DNA of 64,000 nt from contig JBEKRC010000002.1 of assembly GCA_049997875.1 (NCBI GenBank), forward strand, positions 66,755 to 130,754. Reading direction: 5' to 3'. Of this stretch, positions 9,339 through 19,662 are shown one piece after another. Each line of letters starts with the position of its first letter. Positions within the stretch are counted from its first letter, which is position 1. Source of the DNA: Minisyncoccia bacterium (GTDB lineage Bacteria; Patescibacteriota; Minisyncoccia; UBA6257; 2-01-FULL-56-20). Position numbers and translations under genes: made by a program. The notes under the pieces are model-generated. The model was not told the origin of the DNA and did not search any database. It saw nothing but the letters and a program-made list of their open reading frames with translations.

Positions 9339-10532
9339 ATGACGCCGCGCCGCGACTATTATATCCTTGCGATCGTCGGCGTATGTTTCATAATCCTACC
9401 CGCATCTGCGGCCGTGCTCCCAACCTCGGTGTCCGTCGTGATAGTAGTGGTGCCCAATGCGCCTTCTGATCTCACCGCCGTTTCAACTGCCCCGACCCAA
9501 GTGGCGCTTACGTGGACCGATAACTCCGGTAATGAGGATGGATTTAGCGTTGAACGCAAAACGGGAGCGGGTGGAACCTATGCGCAAATCGGAATAACGG
9601 GGACTGGCATAGCGACCTATGCGGATAACTCCGTAACTCCGGCAACCACCTATTTTTACCGCACAAGGGCCTTTGCCGGATCCAATTATTCCCCCTATAG
9701 CAATGAGGCGAGCGTGACTACCGCCTACGGTGTCAGCGGTAGTGGCGGGGGGGGAGGAGGCGGCGGCGGCGGTGGAGGGGGAGGATATTATTCTCCTCCG
9801 CCGGTATTTCAGACGTCAGCGATTTTTCGGGGAATAGCATATCCATTGAGCAGCATTAAGCTTCTTGAAAATGGACAGACGGTTGCCGTGACGCAATCGG
9901 GGCCTGACGCAAAGTTTGAAATTGACCTCTCAAACATCACTCCGGGAACCTACAATTTCGGTGTCTTGGCAAAGGATCCGCAAGGCGGCCACTCGATCGT
10001 TCAGACGTTCTCTGTCACCCTTACGTACGGCGCGTCGACCATCGTGAGCGGCATTTTTTTCCCACCTACCATCAGCGCGGATAAAGTACAGGTGAAGCGC
10101 GGCGACGTGCTTACGCTTCTGGGTTATACCGCGCCTACAGCGACTGTCGCCGTCGTTATTCATTCTGCGAATGAGATTATGAAAAACGTCACTTCCGCCG
10201 ACAGTGGGGCGTGGGTATACGCCGTGAATACCGATCCATTGGATTACGGCAATCACACGGCGCACGCTTGGGCGGCGGCGGGCGGCGCCGTGACCCCGGA
10301 CTCGGACATTCTTGCGTTTACGGTAGGCGATACTAATATTGCCGCGCCGCCGACGCAAACTTGCGCGTTCGTGGGGGATTTGAACGGGGATTGCAAGGTC
10401 AACCTCATTGATTTTTCGATTATGGCGTATTGGTATGGCAGGCCGAATCCGCCGGCAGGCGTTGACTTGAACCACGACGGGACCATCACTCTCGTTGACT
10501 TCAGTATTCTCATGTATTATTGGACCGGCTAA
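9339..10532 (+). CDS. Secreted FN3 + Ig-like + C-terminal dockerin-like protein
   Basis: PNAPSDL..LTWTDNSGNEDGFSVERK..YFYRTRAF (FN3), poly-Gly linker, duplicated DLNGDCKVNLIDFSIM / DLNHDGTITLVDFSILM. Confidence 0.88.
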   Translation: MTPRRDYYILAIVGVCFIILPASAAVLPTSVSVVIVVVPNAPSDLTAVSTAPTQVALTWTDNSGNEDGFSVERKTGAGGTYAQIGITGTGIATYADNSVTPATTYFYRTRAFAGSNYSPYSNEASVTTAYGVSGSGGGGGGGGGGGGGGYYSPPPVFQTSAIFRGIAYPLSSIKLLENGQTVAVTQSGPDAKFEIDLSNITPGTYNFGVLAKDPQGGHSIVQTFSVTLTYGASTIVSGIFFPPTISADKVQVKRGDVLTLLGYTAPTATVAVVIHSANEIMKNVTSADSGAWVYAVNTDPLDYGNHTAHAWAAAGGAVTPDSDILAFTVGDTNIAAPPTQTCAFVGDLNGDCKVNLIDFSIMAYWYGRPNPPAGVDLNHDGTITLVDFSILMYYWTG

Positions 10533-10533
10533 T

Positions 10534-11433
10534 ATGAAGCGATCTCTTTTCATCCTCGGATTCGTCGGTATGCTTTTTCTCCCTTGGCGGTCGTTTGCTT
10601 CGGTTATGACCGTGCGGCCATCTCCGGGGAATCCCTTGGCGATCATGGTCCACCTTAATACGGAAGGGGAAAATGTGAATGCCTTGGAAGCCCATTTCAC
10701 ATTTGATACCAATGCCTTTTCGGTGAGCAGCATAAGCGATGGCGGCTCCATCGTGAACCTTTGGGTAGAGACGCCAATCTTCTCAAACACTTCTGGTACC
10801 GTAGACTTTGCCGGCATCATTCCGGGAGGGGAAAGCACGGCGGACGGGACCATTATTACCATCATGATTGTTCCCAAAGAAGCCAACGCGACTACGAGCT
10901 TCACGCTCGTTTCGGCGCAGGCCCTTTTGAATGACGGACAAGGGACGCGGGCGTTGCTTTCCGTCATTAGTAATCCGTTCCCGCTGCTTACAGGAACCGC
11001 CGTATCGTCAACCATCGATACGCAAGCGCCGGACCCGTTCACGCCGGAGATCGGCCAAGAGCAAAATATTTTCAACGGGCAATATTTTTTGGCGTTCTCT
11101 ACGACCGATCAACGGTCGGGCATCGATCATTATGAAGTTCTTGAAATGCAAGCGGGCATGAAGATCGGGGCATCGTCCTCCTGGCAGGTTGCCGCTTCGC
11201 CGTACCTTTTGAAGGATCAGACGCTCTCAAGCGATATCTATGTTCGCGCCGTTGATAGGGCCGGAAATTTTCGAATAGCTGAAGTCCCGGCTGAGCATCC
11301 GGAATTGAAGGCCCGGGTCGCGCGGGGCGGCGCCGAAACACTCTTTGGGTCCATAGTGTTATTATTAGTCATAGGAATCATATTTTGGATTTGGAAATGG
11401 AGAAGAAAAAAACTATCGCGAGATTCCGGATAA
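10534..11433 (+). CDS. Cohesin-like domain protein with C-terminal TM anchor
   Basis: NALEAHFTFD, GSIVNLWVETP, ALLNDGQGT; SGIDHYEV Ig-like domain; TM then KWRRKK. Confidence 0.78.
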   Translation: MKRSLFILGFVGMLFLPWRSFASVMTVRPSPGNPLAIMVHLNTEGENVNALEAHFTFDTNAFSVSSISDGGSIVNLWVETPIFSNTSGTVDFAGIIPGGESTADGTIITIMIVPKEANATTSFTLVSAQALLNDGQGTRALLSVISNPFPLLTGTAVSSTIDTQAPDPFTPEIGQEQNIFNGQYFLAFSTTDQRSGIDHYEVLEMQAGMKIGASSSWQVAASPYLLKDQTLSSDIYVRAVDRAGNFRIAEVPAEHPELKARVARGGAETLFGSIVLLLVIGIIFWIWKWRRKKLSRDSG

Positions 11434-12839
11434 TCGTGAGCGCGCTTGCGGCGCTTGCAGGGCTTTTTGGCGCCCGAAACGCACATGCCGCAACGCTTTT
11501 CTTTTCGCCGCAATCGGGAACATATTTTACGGGACGCAGTTTTACCGTTGCCGTCAAGGTTTCCTCGCCCGACCAGGCGATGAGTGCCGCGCAAGGTGAA
11601 ATTTCCTTTCCGACAAAAAATCTTGCGGTACTTTCGGTATCAAAGACAGATTCCATTATGAATCTTTGGGTCCAGGACCCTACGTTCTCAAATCATGACG
11701 GCGTAATTAATTTCGGAGGCGTGGCGGTGAACCCCGGTTTCAAGGGAACCGATGGGACGATCTTCACGGTGACTTTTGAGGCGGAAAGTCCTGGTAGCGC
11801 CCCGTTATCATTTATCTCGGGGTCAGTTCTTGCGAACGACGGGAAAGGAACCAATATTTTGAGCGGCATGCAGAGCGCAAATTTCAGCGTCATTCCTCTT
11901 GCCGCCATGCCCGCGAATGCTTCAGCGCCGGCCGTTCTCATCATCTCCAATCCGCCCCTTGCCGACGGGAATTGGTATAACCTTGATCACATTACGTTCG
12001 ACTGGAGCGTTCCCTCGAATGCCGAAGGGGTCGATTATACGATATCGACCAATGCCAACTTCCAACTTCCCGATGTAAATCTGGGTTTTGTTTCACAGGT
12101 GACCTATGATCTCTCGAATTTTTCAGATGGTACGTGGTATTTCTTTGTAAGTTTCAAAAGCGGCAATTCCTGGTCGCCGCCAGCCGTGAAAATAATCATG
12201 CTTGACCGGACGCCGCCTCGCCCGTTCGTCATTACGCGCGAGGATACGGACGAAACGGACGCGCAGCCCGTTTTCCAATGGGTAGCGGCCGACGACGTGT
12301 CTGGCATTGATCATTATGAAGCTAGGATCGGCAATGGCGATTGGTTCAACCCCGCCAGCCTCGAAAGCACTGCCGCTTCTTACGTTTTGCCGCCGCAGTC
12401 GCCGACCGACGTGCGGACGTTCACCGTCCGCGCGTTTGATAGGGCAGGGAATTTCACTGACTCCTCAATTGACTTCCGCGTGTTTCCTCCGGCCGTGCTT
12501 TGTAAGGGTGATGGTCTCTCATGCAGGCTTTTGGCGCTCGCCGTGCGATGGGAATGGCTGATCATTCTCATCTTTATTCTTCTTGTTTTCGGCACGTATG
12601 GATTTATTTATCGTCTCCTGCGGTGGAGGAAGCAATCAAGGAAAGAGTTACAAGAATTCAAAGATGAATTGCAGCGCGATCTGAAGCGGGTAGAAGAAAA
12701 GGCCCGAGAGGCCGGCGGCGGCGAGACCGATCTCAGGCAATCCCATCTTCTGGAAGAGAAGCGTTCGCTCGAAAGGCAAATTCGCCACATTGTGGAGGAC
12801 GTGAAGGAAGAACTCAAGCGCCTTACGGACAAAAAATGA
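11397..12839 (+). CDS. Cohesin-like domain protein with TM and cytoplasmic coiled coil
   Basis: AATLFFSPQSG, SIMNLWVQDP, VLANDGKGT, SGIDHYE; TM then charged helical tail. Confidence 0.8.
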   Translation: MEKKKTIARFRIIVSALAALAGLFGARNAHAATLFFSPQSGTYFTGRSFTVAVKVSSPDQAMSAAQGEISFPTKNLAVLSVSKTDSIMNLWVQDPTFSNHDGVINFGGVAVNPGFKGTDGTIFTVTFEAESPGSAPLSFISGSVLANDGKGTNILSGMQSANFSVIPLAAMPANASAPAVLIISNPPLADGNWYNLDHITFDWSVPSNAEGVDYTISTNANFQLPDVNLGFVSQVTYDLSNFSDGTWYFFVSFKSGNSWSPPAVKIIMLDRTPPRPFVITREDTDETDAQPVFQWVAADDVSGIDHYEARIGNGDWFNPASLESTAASYVLPPQSPTDVRTFTVRAFDRAGNFTDSSIDFRVFPPAVLCKGDGLSCRLLALAVRWEWLIILIFILLVFGTYGFIYRLLRWRKQSRKELQEFKDELQRDLKRVEEKAREAGGGETDLRQSHLLEEKRSLERQIRHIVEDVKEELKRLTDKK

Positions 12840-12861
12840 GCCGTCAGGTATAATAATACGT

Positions 12862-13356
12862 ATGGCATTCATTTCGACGACTTTCCTTATTACGGTTGCG
12901 CTGTCGGTGATTGCCCTTCTGCTCGTGTTCATTACCTATGAGCTTTGGAAAAATAATCGTCTCAATGCGAAAAGGATAGATAGCGCGATGAAAGAAGGAC
13001 CGGGTGGCCCGATCGATCTTCGTAAGAAAGAGCTCGGCGTGCTTGATAGCAAGGGAACATATTCTTACGATTCCGTCGTAATGGACGAGGTCTTGGGGGG
13101 AAAGATCATTGAAGGGTTGAAGGAGGCGCTCCGTATAACCGAGGGAACGTATAAAAAGCTTTCCGAAAAATTCAAAGACGATCGCGAAAAGCGCATAGAG
13201 CTTGCGAACGACTGGCTAAATTATTTGGAAGCGCTGGACAACATCAAACAATCCCGGATCGATTACCGCATGAGCAGCAGCGAGATAGAGGGGGAAAGCG
13301 AAAGAATTAAGCTCGAGGTAGAGAATAAATTCAAGAACCTGCTTGAAGCGCCCTAG
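12862..13356 (+). CDS. Hypothetical protein with N-terminal TM
   Basis: 164 aa ORF, TATAAT 7 nt before ATG. Confidence 0.7.
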   Translation: MAFISTTFLITVALSVIALLLVFITYELWKNNRLNAKRIDSAMKEGPGGPIDLRKKELGVLDSKGTYSYDSVVMDEVLGGKIIEGLKEALRITEGTYKKLSEKFKDDREKRIELANDWLNYLEALDNIKQSRIDYRMSSSEIEGESERIKLEVENKFKNLLEAP

Positions 13357-14197
13357 CTCGCTCGCCTTCGTTCTGGATTTTCGCAAGCACGAGATGCGTT
13401 CCGGACAGTTTTGCTTCAAGCAGTTTTGTCCGTTTGGCGTTCTTCATCGTCCAGCACCCTGGCTCGGGATTAAGCGCGCGGATTTTCCGTATGATTATTT
13501 CGGCTTGCTCCGCGTCGCCCGCGAGCGCTTTATCGAGATTTGCTCCGTCCACAAAGCCATCCTGCGTTGTGAATTTTTTAGTGTAGGTCGCTTGCGCCTC
13601 GTCCTGCGCATGCGGTTTCAATTTTCCCGCCATAAGGCCTGGCAGCGTTTCGAGAAGAAGTTCCGCGGAGCGCTGCGCCAATCGCTCCTCAAGTTCCGGA
13701 TAGTTTATTTCCAAACTATCTATAGGTATCTTTGCACTTGCAAGAACCGACCCGCGGTCCATCTTCTCGTCCATTTGGTAAATCGTGACGCCGGTTTCGC
13801 GCTCGCCGTTCAAAATGGCCGACTGGATGGGGGTGGCGCCGCGGTATTTGGGCAGGAGCGAGGGATGGACGCCGATCGTGCCAAGACGGGGAAGGTCAAG
13901 CACGGATTTTGGAATGATCTTCGCGTAAGCCGCGACCACAAAACAATCTGCGCCCAACGCCGTGAGTTCCCTGATAGAATATTCATCCAGGTTTTCGGGC
14001 TGGAAAATTTTTATGCGGGGAGCTTCCGCGCCGCGCGAGAGCACAAGCCGCTTTGTCAGCGGGGGAGTGACGATCTTTTTCCGTCCGGTCGGCCGGTCAG
14101 GATTGCATACGAGGGCCGCGGGCGGCATGTCCGCGCGGAGGAGGCGCTCAAGAATGATTTCCGCAAAGCGCGGCGTTCCGAAGAAAATGTATTTCAT
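13331..14197 (-). CDS. fmt: Methionyl-tRNA formyltransferase
   Basis: FFGTPRFA, NPDRPTGR, VAAYAKI, HPSLLPKYRGATPIQ. Confidence 0.96.
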   Translation of the reverse strand: MKYIFFGTPRFAEIILERLLRADMPPAALVCNPDRPTGRKKIVTPPLTKRLVLSRGAEAPRIKIFQPENLDEYSIRELTALGADCFVVAAYAKIIPKSVLDLPRLGTIGVHPSLLPKYRGATPIQSAILNGERETGVTIYQMDEKMDRGSVLASAKIPIDSLEINYPELEERLAQRSAELLLETLPGLMAGKLKPHAQDEAQATYTKKFTTQDGFVDGANLDKALAGDAEQAEIIIRKIRALNPEPGCWTMKNAKRTKLLEAKLSGTHLVLAKIQNEGERARALQAGS

Positions 14198-14212
14198 CGG
14201 ATGCCGGAGGCG

Positions 14213-14728
14213 TTAACCATTGGCGCCTTTTTTCTCCACATGCGCATGGCGGAGCTTCTTTGTCCGGTCAACGAAAAGTTTTCCGTTCAGATGGTCCACC
14301 TCGTGCTGGAACACTCGCGCGAGGAGCCCCCACGCTTTCACTTTTGTGGGCTTCCCGTTCTTATCAAAACCGCTCACCACGATCCTCGCTGGGCGCGTGA
14401 CGTCGCCCCAGACGCCGGGCACGCTCAAACATCCTTCCTCGTATGGCACGGTTTCCTCGCTTGCCTTTTCAATCTTCGGATTGAACACGGCGTAAAATTT
14501 CATTCCGCCCTGCGCATCCGGAACTTCGGCGACGAACATCCGGTAGGGCAGGCCGATCTGGTTCGCGGAAAGACCGATGCCGTTCGCCGCTTTCATGACG
14601 CGCCGCATTGCGGCGACGAGTTCGTTCACTTCTTTCCTCGTAAATTTCTTGAAATCAAAATCAACCGCTTTTTTGCGCAGGAATTTTTCATTGCTTTTAC
14701 TGCCTATTGCAACGATTTCATCTGCCAT
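14213..14728 (-). CDS. def: Peptide deformylase
   Basis: GIGLSANQIG, EGCLS, QHEVDHLNG. Confidence 0.97.
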   Translation of the reverse strand: MADEIVAIGSKSNEKFLRKKAVDFDFKKFTRKEVNELVAAMRRVMKAANGIGLSANQIGLPYRMFVAEVPDAQGGMKFYAVFNPKIEKASEETVPYEEGCLSVPGVWGDVTRPARIVVSGFDKNGKPTKVKAWGLLARVFQHEVDHLNGKLFVDRTKKLRHAHVEKKGANG

Positions 14729-14990
14729 GGCGGGAATTTCCCTTAAGGAGCGCCATGAAGTACGCTCCCCGGTTTTTCACGTTTCTTTTTTCCGCGACTT
14801 CTTTCGCAAGCGTGAGGAGGCGTTCGCCGTCCCTTTCTTTCGCGAGCTTGATGTAGAGCGATTTGTGCCCCTCGTCTTTCAAGGTTTGCGCGATCAAAAG
14901 CCCCAGAAGCTGGTGCTTCCGATACACGTGCGACGTGGCAGCTCTCCGCGTTAATTCCTTTATATATGACGATTGCGATTTGGAACCCAT
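14718..14990 (-). CDS. Small basic hypothetical protein
   Basis: 90 aa ORF overlapping the def start, ends VKNRGAYFM. Confidence 0.65.
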   Translation of the reverse strand: MGSKSQSSYIKELTRRAATSHVYRKHQLLGLLIAQTLKDEGHKSLYIKLAKERDGERLLTLAKEVAEKRNVKNRGAYFMALLKGNSRHGR

Positions 14991-15019
14991 TTCATTCCAT
15001 TTTAATGTATCCTGTAATT

Positions 15020-15604
15020 ATGCGCCACCGGCTTTTCATTGCCGTAAATATCACCGACGCTGCGCGGCGAGAGGTAAGAAAACTATCCGAAGAGGCGGAG
15101 AAGAAATTCGCGCCCGACCTTCTTCGCCAGATCCGGCTTGTACCGTCTGCGAACTGGCATCTCACCATGTCATTTTTGGGCTACGAGGACGACGCCGAAT
15201 TCCCCAAAATCATGCGCGCCGCGGGAGCCGCCGCAAAGCGATTTCCGGCACAGGAAATTATCTTTGATACCGTAACGTACGGCCCGCCGCGCGGGAGCGC
15301 AAAGAGGATGTTGTGGCTCGGCGCGGCAGAGGAGAGCTCACAAAAACTTTCCACCATAAAGGAGTTTCTTGAAGACCGGTTGGTCGCGGAACAGGTGCCG
15401 TTTATGAGGGAAACGAGACCGTTCGGCGGCCACATCACTCTCGCGCGATTTAACGGCGAGATGCGTGGCGCAACGCTCCCGCCCCTAGGGCGTTCACCCC
15501 GCATTTGCGTTCCCGTGGAAAGCTTGGACCTTATGGAATCCACGCTTCGCCGCGAGGGCGCCGAATATGCCATCCTCCAGAAATTTCCGTTTTCAAAAAT
15601 GTGA
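15020..15604 (+). CDS. thpR: RNA 2',3'-cyclic phosphodiesterase (2H phosphoesterase)
   Basis: RLFIA start, two HxT motifs (WHLTM, GHITL), LMESTL. Confidence 0.93.
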   Translation: MRHRLFIAVNITDAARREVRKLSEEAEKKFAPDLLRQIRLVPSANWHLTMSFLGYEDDAEFPKIMRAAGAAAKRFPAQEIIFDTVTYGPPRGSAKRMLWLGAAEESSQKLSTIKEFLEDRLVAEQVPFMRETRPFGGHITLARFNGEMRGATLPPLGRSPRICVPVESLDLMESTLRREGAEYAILQKFPFSKM

Positions 15605-15610
15605 TATAAT
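15602..15610 (+). promoter_or_regulatory. Extended -10 promoter
   Basis: TGaTATAAT, 10 nt before ATG 15621. Confidence 0.6.
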
Positions 15611-15620
15611 CCAGGGTACT

Positions 15621-16874
15621 ATGCGTGTCATCGGTAAAAAAGCATTGGAAATAGGGATTACCGTCATCGTAGGCCTTGCGCTCCTTGGGAGCGGTTTTTT
15701 CCTCGGCTGGAGTGCGGAGAAAAGAATTCCGCAGCCGGCCGTCGTCACGACCGGCGCGAGCGATCTCACGCCGCCGTCATCCACGGGCATGAGCGCTGCC
15801 GACTTCAGCTTGTTCTGGCAGGCGTGGCAGACCATCAATGATAATTATCTTCGGAACGGGAGCACAACCAACGAGGACAAACTGTACGGCGCGGTGAACG
15901 GTCTCGTGAATTCGCTGAACGATCCATATTCGGAATTTTTCACGCCGCAAAGCAACCAGCAGTTCCAGGAGAACATCACGGGCGACTTTGGGGGCATCGG
16001 CGCGCAGCTCGGCACGGACACAGACGGCCACATCGTGGTGGTGGCGCCGCTCAAGGGCACGCCGGCGGAGAAGGCGGGGCTGAAACCGAAGGATTGGATC
16101 GTCGCAGTTGACGCGACGTCCACGAGCGGCATGACGGTGGATGATGCCGTGAACTTGATCCGCGGGCCGGAAGGAACCACCGTCACCTTAAGCATATTGC
16201 GGGCGGACTGGAGCGCGCCGAAAGATTTCAAGATAACGCGGACGAACATTCAGGTTCCGAACGTGGAATTTGAAATGAAAGGCAATATCGCTCACGTCAC
16301 GTTGAGCGAGTTCACCGAGGACGCCGACTTCCTTTTTTACCAAGCGCTTGTTGAAGCGCTCGCCAAGAACGCAAAGGGGATCGTACTTGATCTCCGCGAC
16401 GATCCTGGCGGGTATCTTGAGGTCGCGGTTGACATCGCGGGATATTTCCTGAAGCCCGGTTCGCTCGTGGTGAAAGAAGTGGGCCGCGCGGTGCCGGAGC
16501 AGGATTACACGGCGCAGGGCGACGGCACGCTCTCAAATTTCCCGATCGCCGTGCTTATCAATGACGGTTCGGCGTCCGCGGCGGAGATCCTTGCAGGCGC
16601 GCTTCACGACGACCGGCATGTGCCGCTCGTGGGAGAAACGAGCTTCGGGAAGGGAACCGTACAGGAACTTGAGCCGCTCCCCGACGGTTCCGCGATCAAG
16701 CTCACGGTGGCCCATTGGGTGCTGCCTTCGGGAAAGATCATTGACCACGAGGGCATCGCGCCGGATTACGCCGTAGCGCGTTCCGACGACGATATCGCGA
16801 ACGGCCGCGATCCCCAGCTTGATAAAGCCGTGCAGATACTCCAGGCAGAGACCGCAAATCAAAATCCCCAATGA
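15621..16874 (+). CDS. ctpA: Carboxy-terminal processing protease, S41 family with PDZ
   Basis: [34 protein letters not shown]. Confidence 0.93.
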   Translation: MRVIGKKALEIGITVIVGLALLGSGFFLGWSAEKRIPQPAVVTTGASDLTPPSSTGMSAADFSLFWQAWQTINDNYLRNGSTTNEDKLYGAVNGLVNSLNDPYSEFFTPQSNQQFQENITGDFGGIGAQLGTDTDGHIVVVAPLKGTPAEKAGLKPKDWIVAVDATSTSGMTVDDAVNLIRGPEGTTVTLSILRADWSAPKDFKITRTNIQVPNVEFEMKGNIAHVTLSEFTEDADFLFYQALVEALAKNAKGIVLDLRDDPGGYLEVAVDIAGYFLKPGSLVVKEVGRAVPEQDYTAQGDGTLSNFPIAVLINDGSASAAEILAGALHDDRHVPLVGETSFGKGTVQELEPLPDGSAIKLTVAHWVLPSGKIIDHEGIAPDYAVARSDDDIANGRDPQLDKAVQILQAETANQNPQ

Positions 16875-17323
16875 AGGTTATTCTTTTGGAAGATATTCGT
16901 AACGTTGGCAAGAAGTATGAAGTGAAAGAAGTGAGCGGCGGCTACGCCAGGAATTTTCTTTTCGTGAACAAGCTTGCGGAGCCCGCCACGCCCGCCGCGC
17001 TCAAAAAACTTGAGGCGCAAAAGGCGGAGCATGAGAAAGATGACCGCGAACTCCGCGCGCATCGTGCGGAAATCGCGCGGAAGATCGCGGATACGAAATT
17101 GGAATTTGAACTTGCCGCCGACAAATCCGGCGCCATCTTCGGCTCTGTCAACAAAGAGTCCATCCTCAAGGCGCTCCGCGAACACGGGCTGATCGGGAAG
17201 GAGCGCGTGGACATTAATCTCGCGCACCCTCTCAAAGAAGCAGGGGAATATGCGATCACGATTGATTTCAAAAAAGGCATCACGGCGGACATGACAATAG
17301 TGGTAAAAAAGGCCGCGCGCTAA
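16871..17323 (+). CDS. rplI: 50S ribosomal protein bL9
   Basis: [32 protein letters not shown]. Confidence 0.96.
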   Translation: MKVILLEDIRNVGKKYEVKEVSGGYARNFLFVNKLAEPATPAALKKLEAQKAEHEKDDRELRAHRAEIARKIADTKLEFELAADKSGAIFGSVNKESILKALREHGLIGKERVDINLAHPLKEAGEYAITIDFKKGITADMTIVVKKAAR

Positions 17324-17365
17324 GCGGGCTTTGCGCTGCGGCACGTTACCGAGCGTTACGGTACG

Positions 17366-17638
17366 TTACTGCACCGCGACGAATGTCGCTTTTTTCCGCG
17401 AGCCGTCAAAGTTCGTTTTCGTCTTTGTAAAGAATTTCACGATGCCGTTCTTTACGGCATAGAGCGTGTCGTCCCCCGCGCGAAGGACGTTCGCGCCTGG
17501 CACGTACTTTGTGCCGCGCTGACGGACAATAATCTGCCCGACTGCTGCTTTTTGGCCGTTCGCGATCTTCACGCCGAGCCGCTTCGCGACGGAATCGCGG
17601 CCCAATTTGGTTGAACCGAGGGCTTTTGTATGCGCCAT
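17366..17638 (-). CDS. rpmA: 50S ribosomal protein bL27
   Basis: [30 protein letters not shown]. Confidence 0.97.
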   Translation of the reverse strand: MAHTKALGSTKLGRDSVAKRLGVKIANGQKAAVGQIIVRQRGTKYVPGANVLRAGDDTLYAVKNGIVKFFTKTKTNFDGSRKKATFVAVQ

Positions 17639-17680
17639 AGTGGTTTTTATTTTATGTTAGAATGAAGGCGAAGTCAAATC

Positions 17681-18400
17681 ATGACGTCAACAAACAAGCT
17701 GGTCTTGGACATAGAAACGATAGGGGAGGAGTTTGAAAAACTTGACCGCGCGACGCAGGAAAATCTGACCCGTTGGATCAAAAAGGACTCCGAAAACGAG
17801 GAAGAGTACAAACGCGCGCTCACGGAGCTGAAGAATGGCCTCGGATTTTCGCCCCTGACGGGAGAGATTGTCGCCGTCGGCCTTTTGGATTATCACAAGA
17901 ACGAAGGCGGGGTGTATTATCAGGCGCCGGGCGAGCGCAACGAGGAGATAAAAGAGGGCGGCGTCTCGTTCAAGCAGATGGAGGAGGAGGAAATGCTCCG
18001 GAAATTCTGGGAACTCGCCACGCGCTATCAAGTGTTCATTACGTTCAACGGTCGCGCGTTTGACATACCGTTTTTGATGATCCGTTCCGCGATCAAGGGG
18101 GTGAAACCGACGAAGGATCTCATGCGCGGGCGATATCTCTACCAAAACAATCCCGAGGCGTTGCATATTGACCTTGCAGAACAGCTTTCATTCTATGGCG
18201 CGACGCGGCGAAAGGGGAGTTTGCATTTGTGGTCGCGCGCGTTCGGCATTCCGAGTCCGAAGTCCGGAGGCGTGACGGGCGACGACGTAGGGCCGCTTTT
18301 CAAAAAGAAAAAGTTTTTGGAAATCGCGCGGTACAATGTGGGGGATCTCCGCGCGACCCGCGAGCTCTACGCAAAGTGGGAACAGTATTTGAGTTTTTAG
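17681..18400 (+). CDS. DEDD 3'-5' exonuclease (PolB-like / RNase H-like)
   Basis: LDIET, TFNGRAFDIPFL, HIDL, YNVGD. Confidence 0.88.
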   Translation: MTSTNKLVLDIETIGEEFEKLDRATQENLTRWIKKDSENEEEYKRALTELKNGLGFSPLTGEIVAVGLLDYHKNEGGVYYQAPGERNEEIKEGGVSFKQMEEEEMLRKFWELATRYQVFITFNGRAFDIPFLMIRSAIKGVKPTKDLMRGRYLYQNNPEALHIDLAEQLSFYGATRRKGSLHLWSRAFGIPSPKSGGVTGDDVGPLFKKKKFLEIARYNVGDLRATRELYAKWEQYLSF

Positions 18401-18434
18401 AATGTTTTAATGGGCGGCGTGGTATCATTGCCCC

Positions 18435-18617
18435 GTGCAAAAATTGAAACGCTGGCTTGGGCTTCGCAAAAAGGAAGCCGTGTTCGGCGCGATCATTTTT
18501 CTCGCGTCTTCTTTGAGTTTCGGGCTTGGGTATCTCGCGAACCGGGAGTTCAATCATGCGTCTATCGTCATTGAAGCATGCGCCCATCCCGCGTCTTCCA
18601 GCACATCCTCAAAATAA
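18435..18617 (+). CDS. Small single-TM hypothetical protein
   Basis: 60 aa with SLSFGLGYL helix; TGgTATCAT exactly 6 nt before GTG. Confidence 0.65.
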   Translation: MQKLKRWLGLRKKEAVFGAIIFLASSLSFGLGYLANREFNHASIVIEACAHPASSSTSSK

Positions 18618-18630
18618 AGGAAAACCCGCG

Positions 18631-19527
18631 TTATGCGGGTTTCCTTTGCTGATGCTGCTGTTGCGAGGGTTGCGGTTGTTGCGGGGGTTGGGGTGGTTTT
18701 CCGGTGGATACGCCGAGGGGTGTCGCTATGGCACTGGTTGCGATTGGCGCCGACGGTGATCCCACTGGCTTTGCGATGCTCGTAAGCGTGATGGCGGGTG
18801 CGGGGAGAGGCATGCTTTTCTCTTTCGTTTCTTCCTCTTCGTTTTCACCACTTGGCCAAAAAAGCCACGCAAGCACTGCGACGACCACAAGTGCGATTAC
18901 GCCGATGAGCGGCCAGTTTAAGTTCCAAAGCGACCAGGTCGTTCCCACCTGTGCGGTCTGCGGTGCCGCGCTTTCGGGATTCGTAGCCCCCGACGTTTGC
19001 GGCATCACTTGGGTGGACGTTTCCGGTGCGGGAACGGATGCTTGTACCTGTACTTGCGGAACAGGCGCGGCGGCTACGGCGGATGGTGACGAAACCGCGA
19101 GTGGAGCGGCGCTCGGATTCCCCGCGAGCGTTGCCCCAATCATTGCGAGCGTGGTGCCCACATCCTTCAACGTGGAGATGATGGCCCCTTCATGGCCTGC
19201 GATGATTTGTGGATTGCTCGCCAGGCTTGATTGAAGGCCCGTGAGCGCCGTAGAGAGCACGGAAAGCACATTCACAAGCGATGCAGCGTCTTCCGGCGTA
19301 AGCGACGATCCGAGGACGGCAGGCACCGGAGTTGGTGCGCCCGTCTGCGCGGCGGCCTGGGCCTGGAGCTCAAGCAATTCCGCCTTCATCGTAGTAAGCG
19401 ATTGTTGCAGTACGGCCGCCTGCGTTGGTGTGAGCGTATCATCGGCATGTGCGGCAACCGGACGCAATATTCCTCCAAAGCTCGCGATTGCAACCACGAA
19501 AAACAAAGTAATAAATAATTTTTTCAT
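18631..19527 (-). CDS. Secreted/membrane-anchored Ala/Pro/Gln-rich hypothetical protein
   Basis: Signal peptide, helical domain, TM, low-complexity tail. Confidence 0.78.
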   Translation of the reverse strand: MKKLFITLFFVVAIASFGGILRPVAAHADDTLTPTQAAVLQQSLTTMKAELLELQAQAAAQTGAPTPVPAVLGSSLTPEDAASLVNVLSVLSTALTGLQSSLASNPQIIAGHEGAIISTLKDVGTTLAMIGATLAGNPSAAPLAVSSPSAVAAAPVPQVQVQASVPAPETSTQVMPQTSGATNPESAAPQTAQVGTTWSLWNLNWPLIGVIALVVVAVLAWLFWPSGENEEEETKEKSMPLPAPAITLTSIAKPVGSPSAPIATSAIATPLGVSTGKPPQPPQQPQPSQQQHQQRKPA

Positions 19528-19662
19528 GAGATTTATGCAATTTGACGGCCTTTGAAAACAAAACAGATTCGGCTATCAAGGAGCGTATGGAGAATGTCTC
19601 AAACGGCTACCGACATTATACAACCTTTCTAAAAATATAGAAAGCGCCTATAATAAGTCGTC

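Noticed and set aside
9742-9786. Poly-Gly/G-run as a phase-variation tract
   Set aside because: Mixed Gly codons forming an ordinary linker; reading frame intact
13343-14746. 467-aa plus-strand ORF, and similar long antisense ORFs (e.g. 38469..39794, 29267..30301, 9930..11075)
   Set aside because: Shadow frames opposite well-supported genes in GC-rich coding DNA; no motifs
17344-17370. CGTTAC repeated three times between rplI and rpmA
   Set aside because: Too short to distinguish from chance in a convergent terminator region
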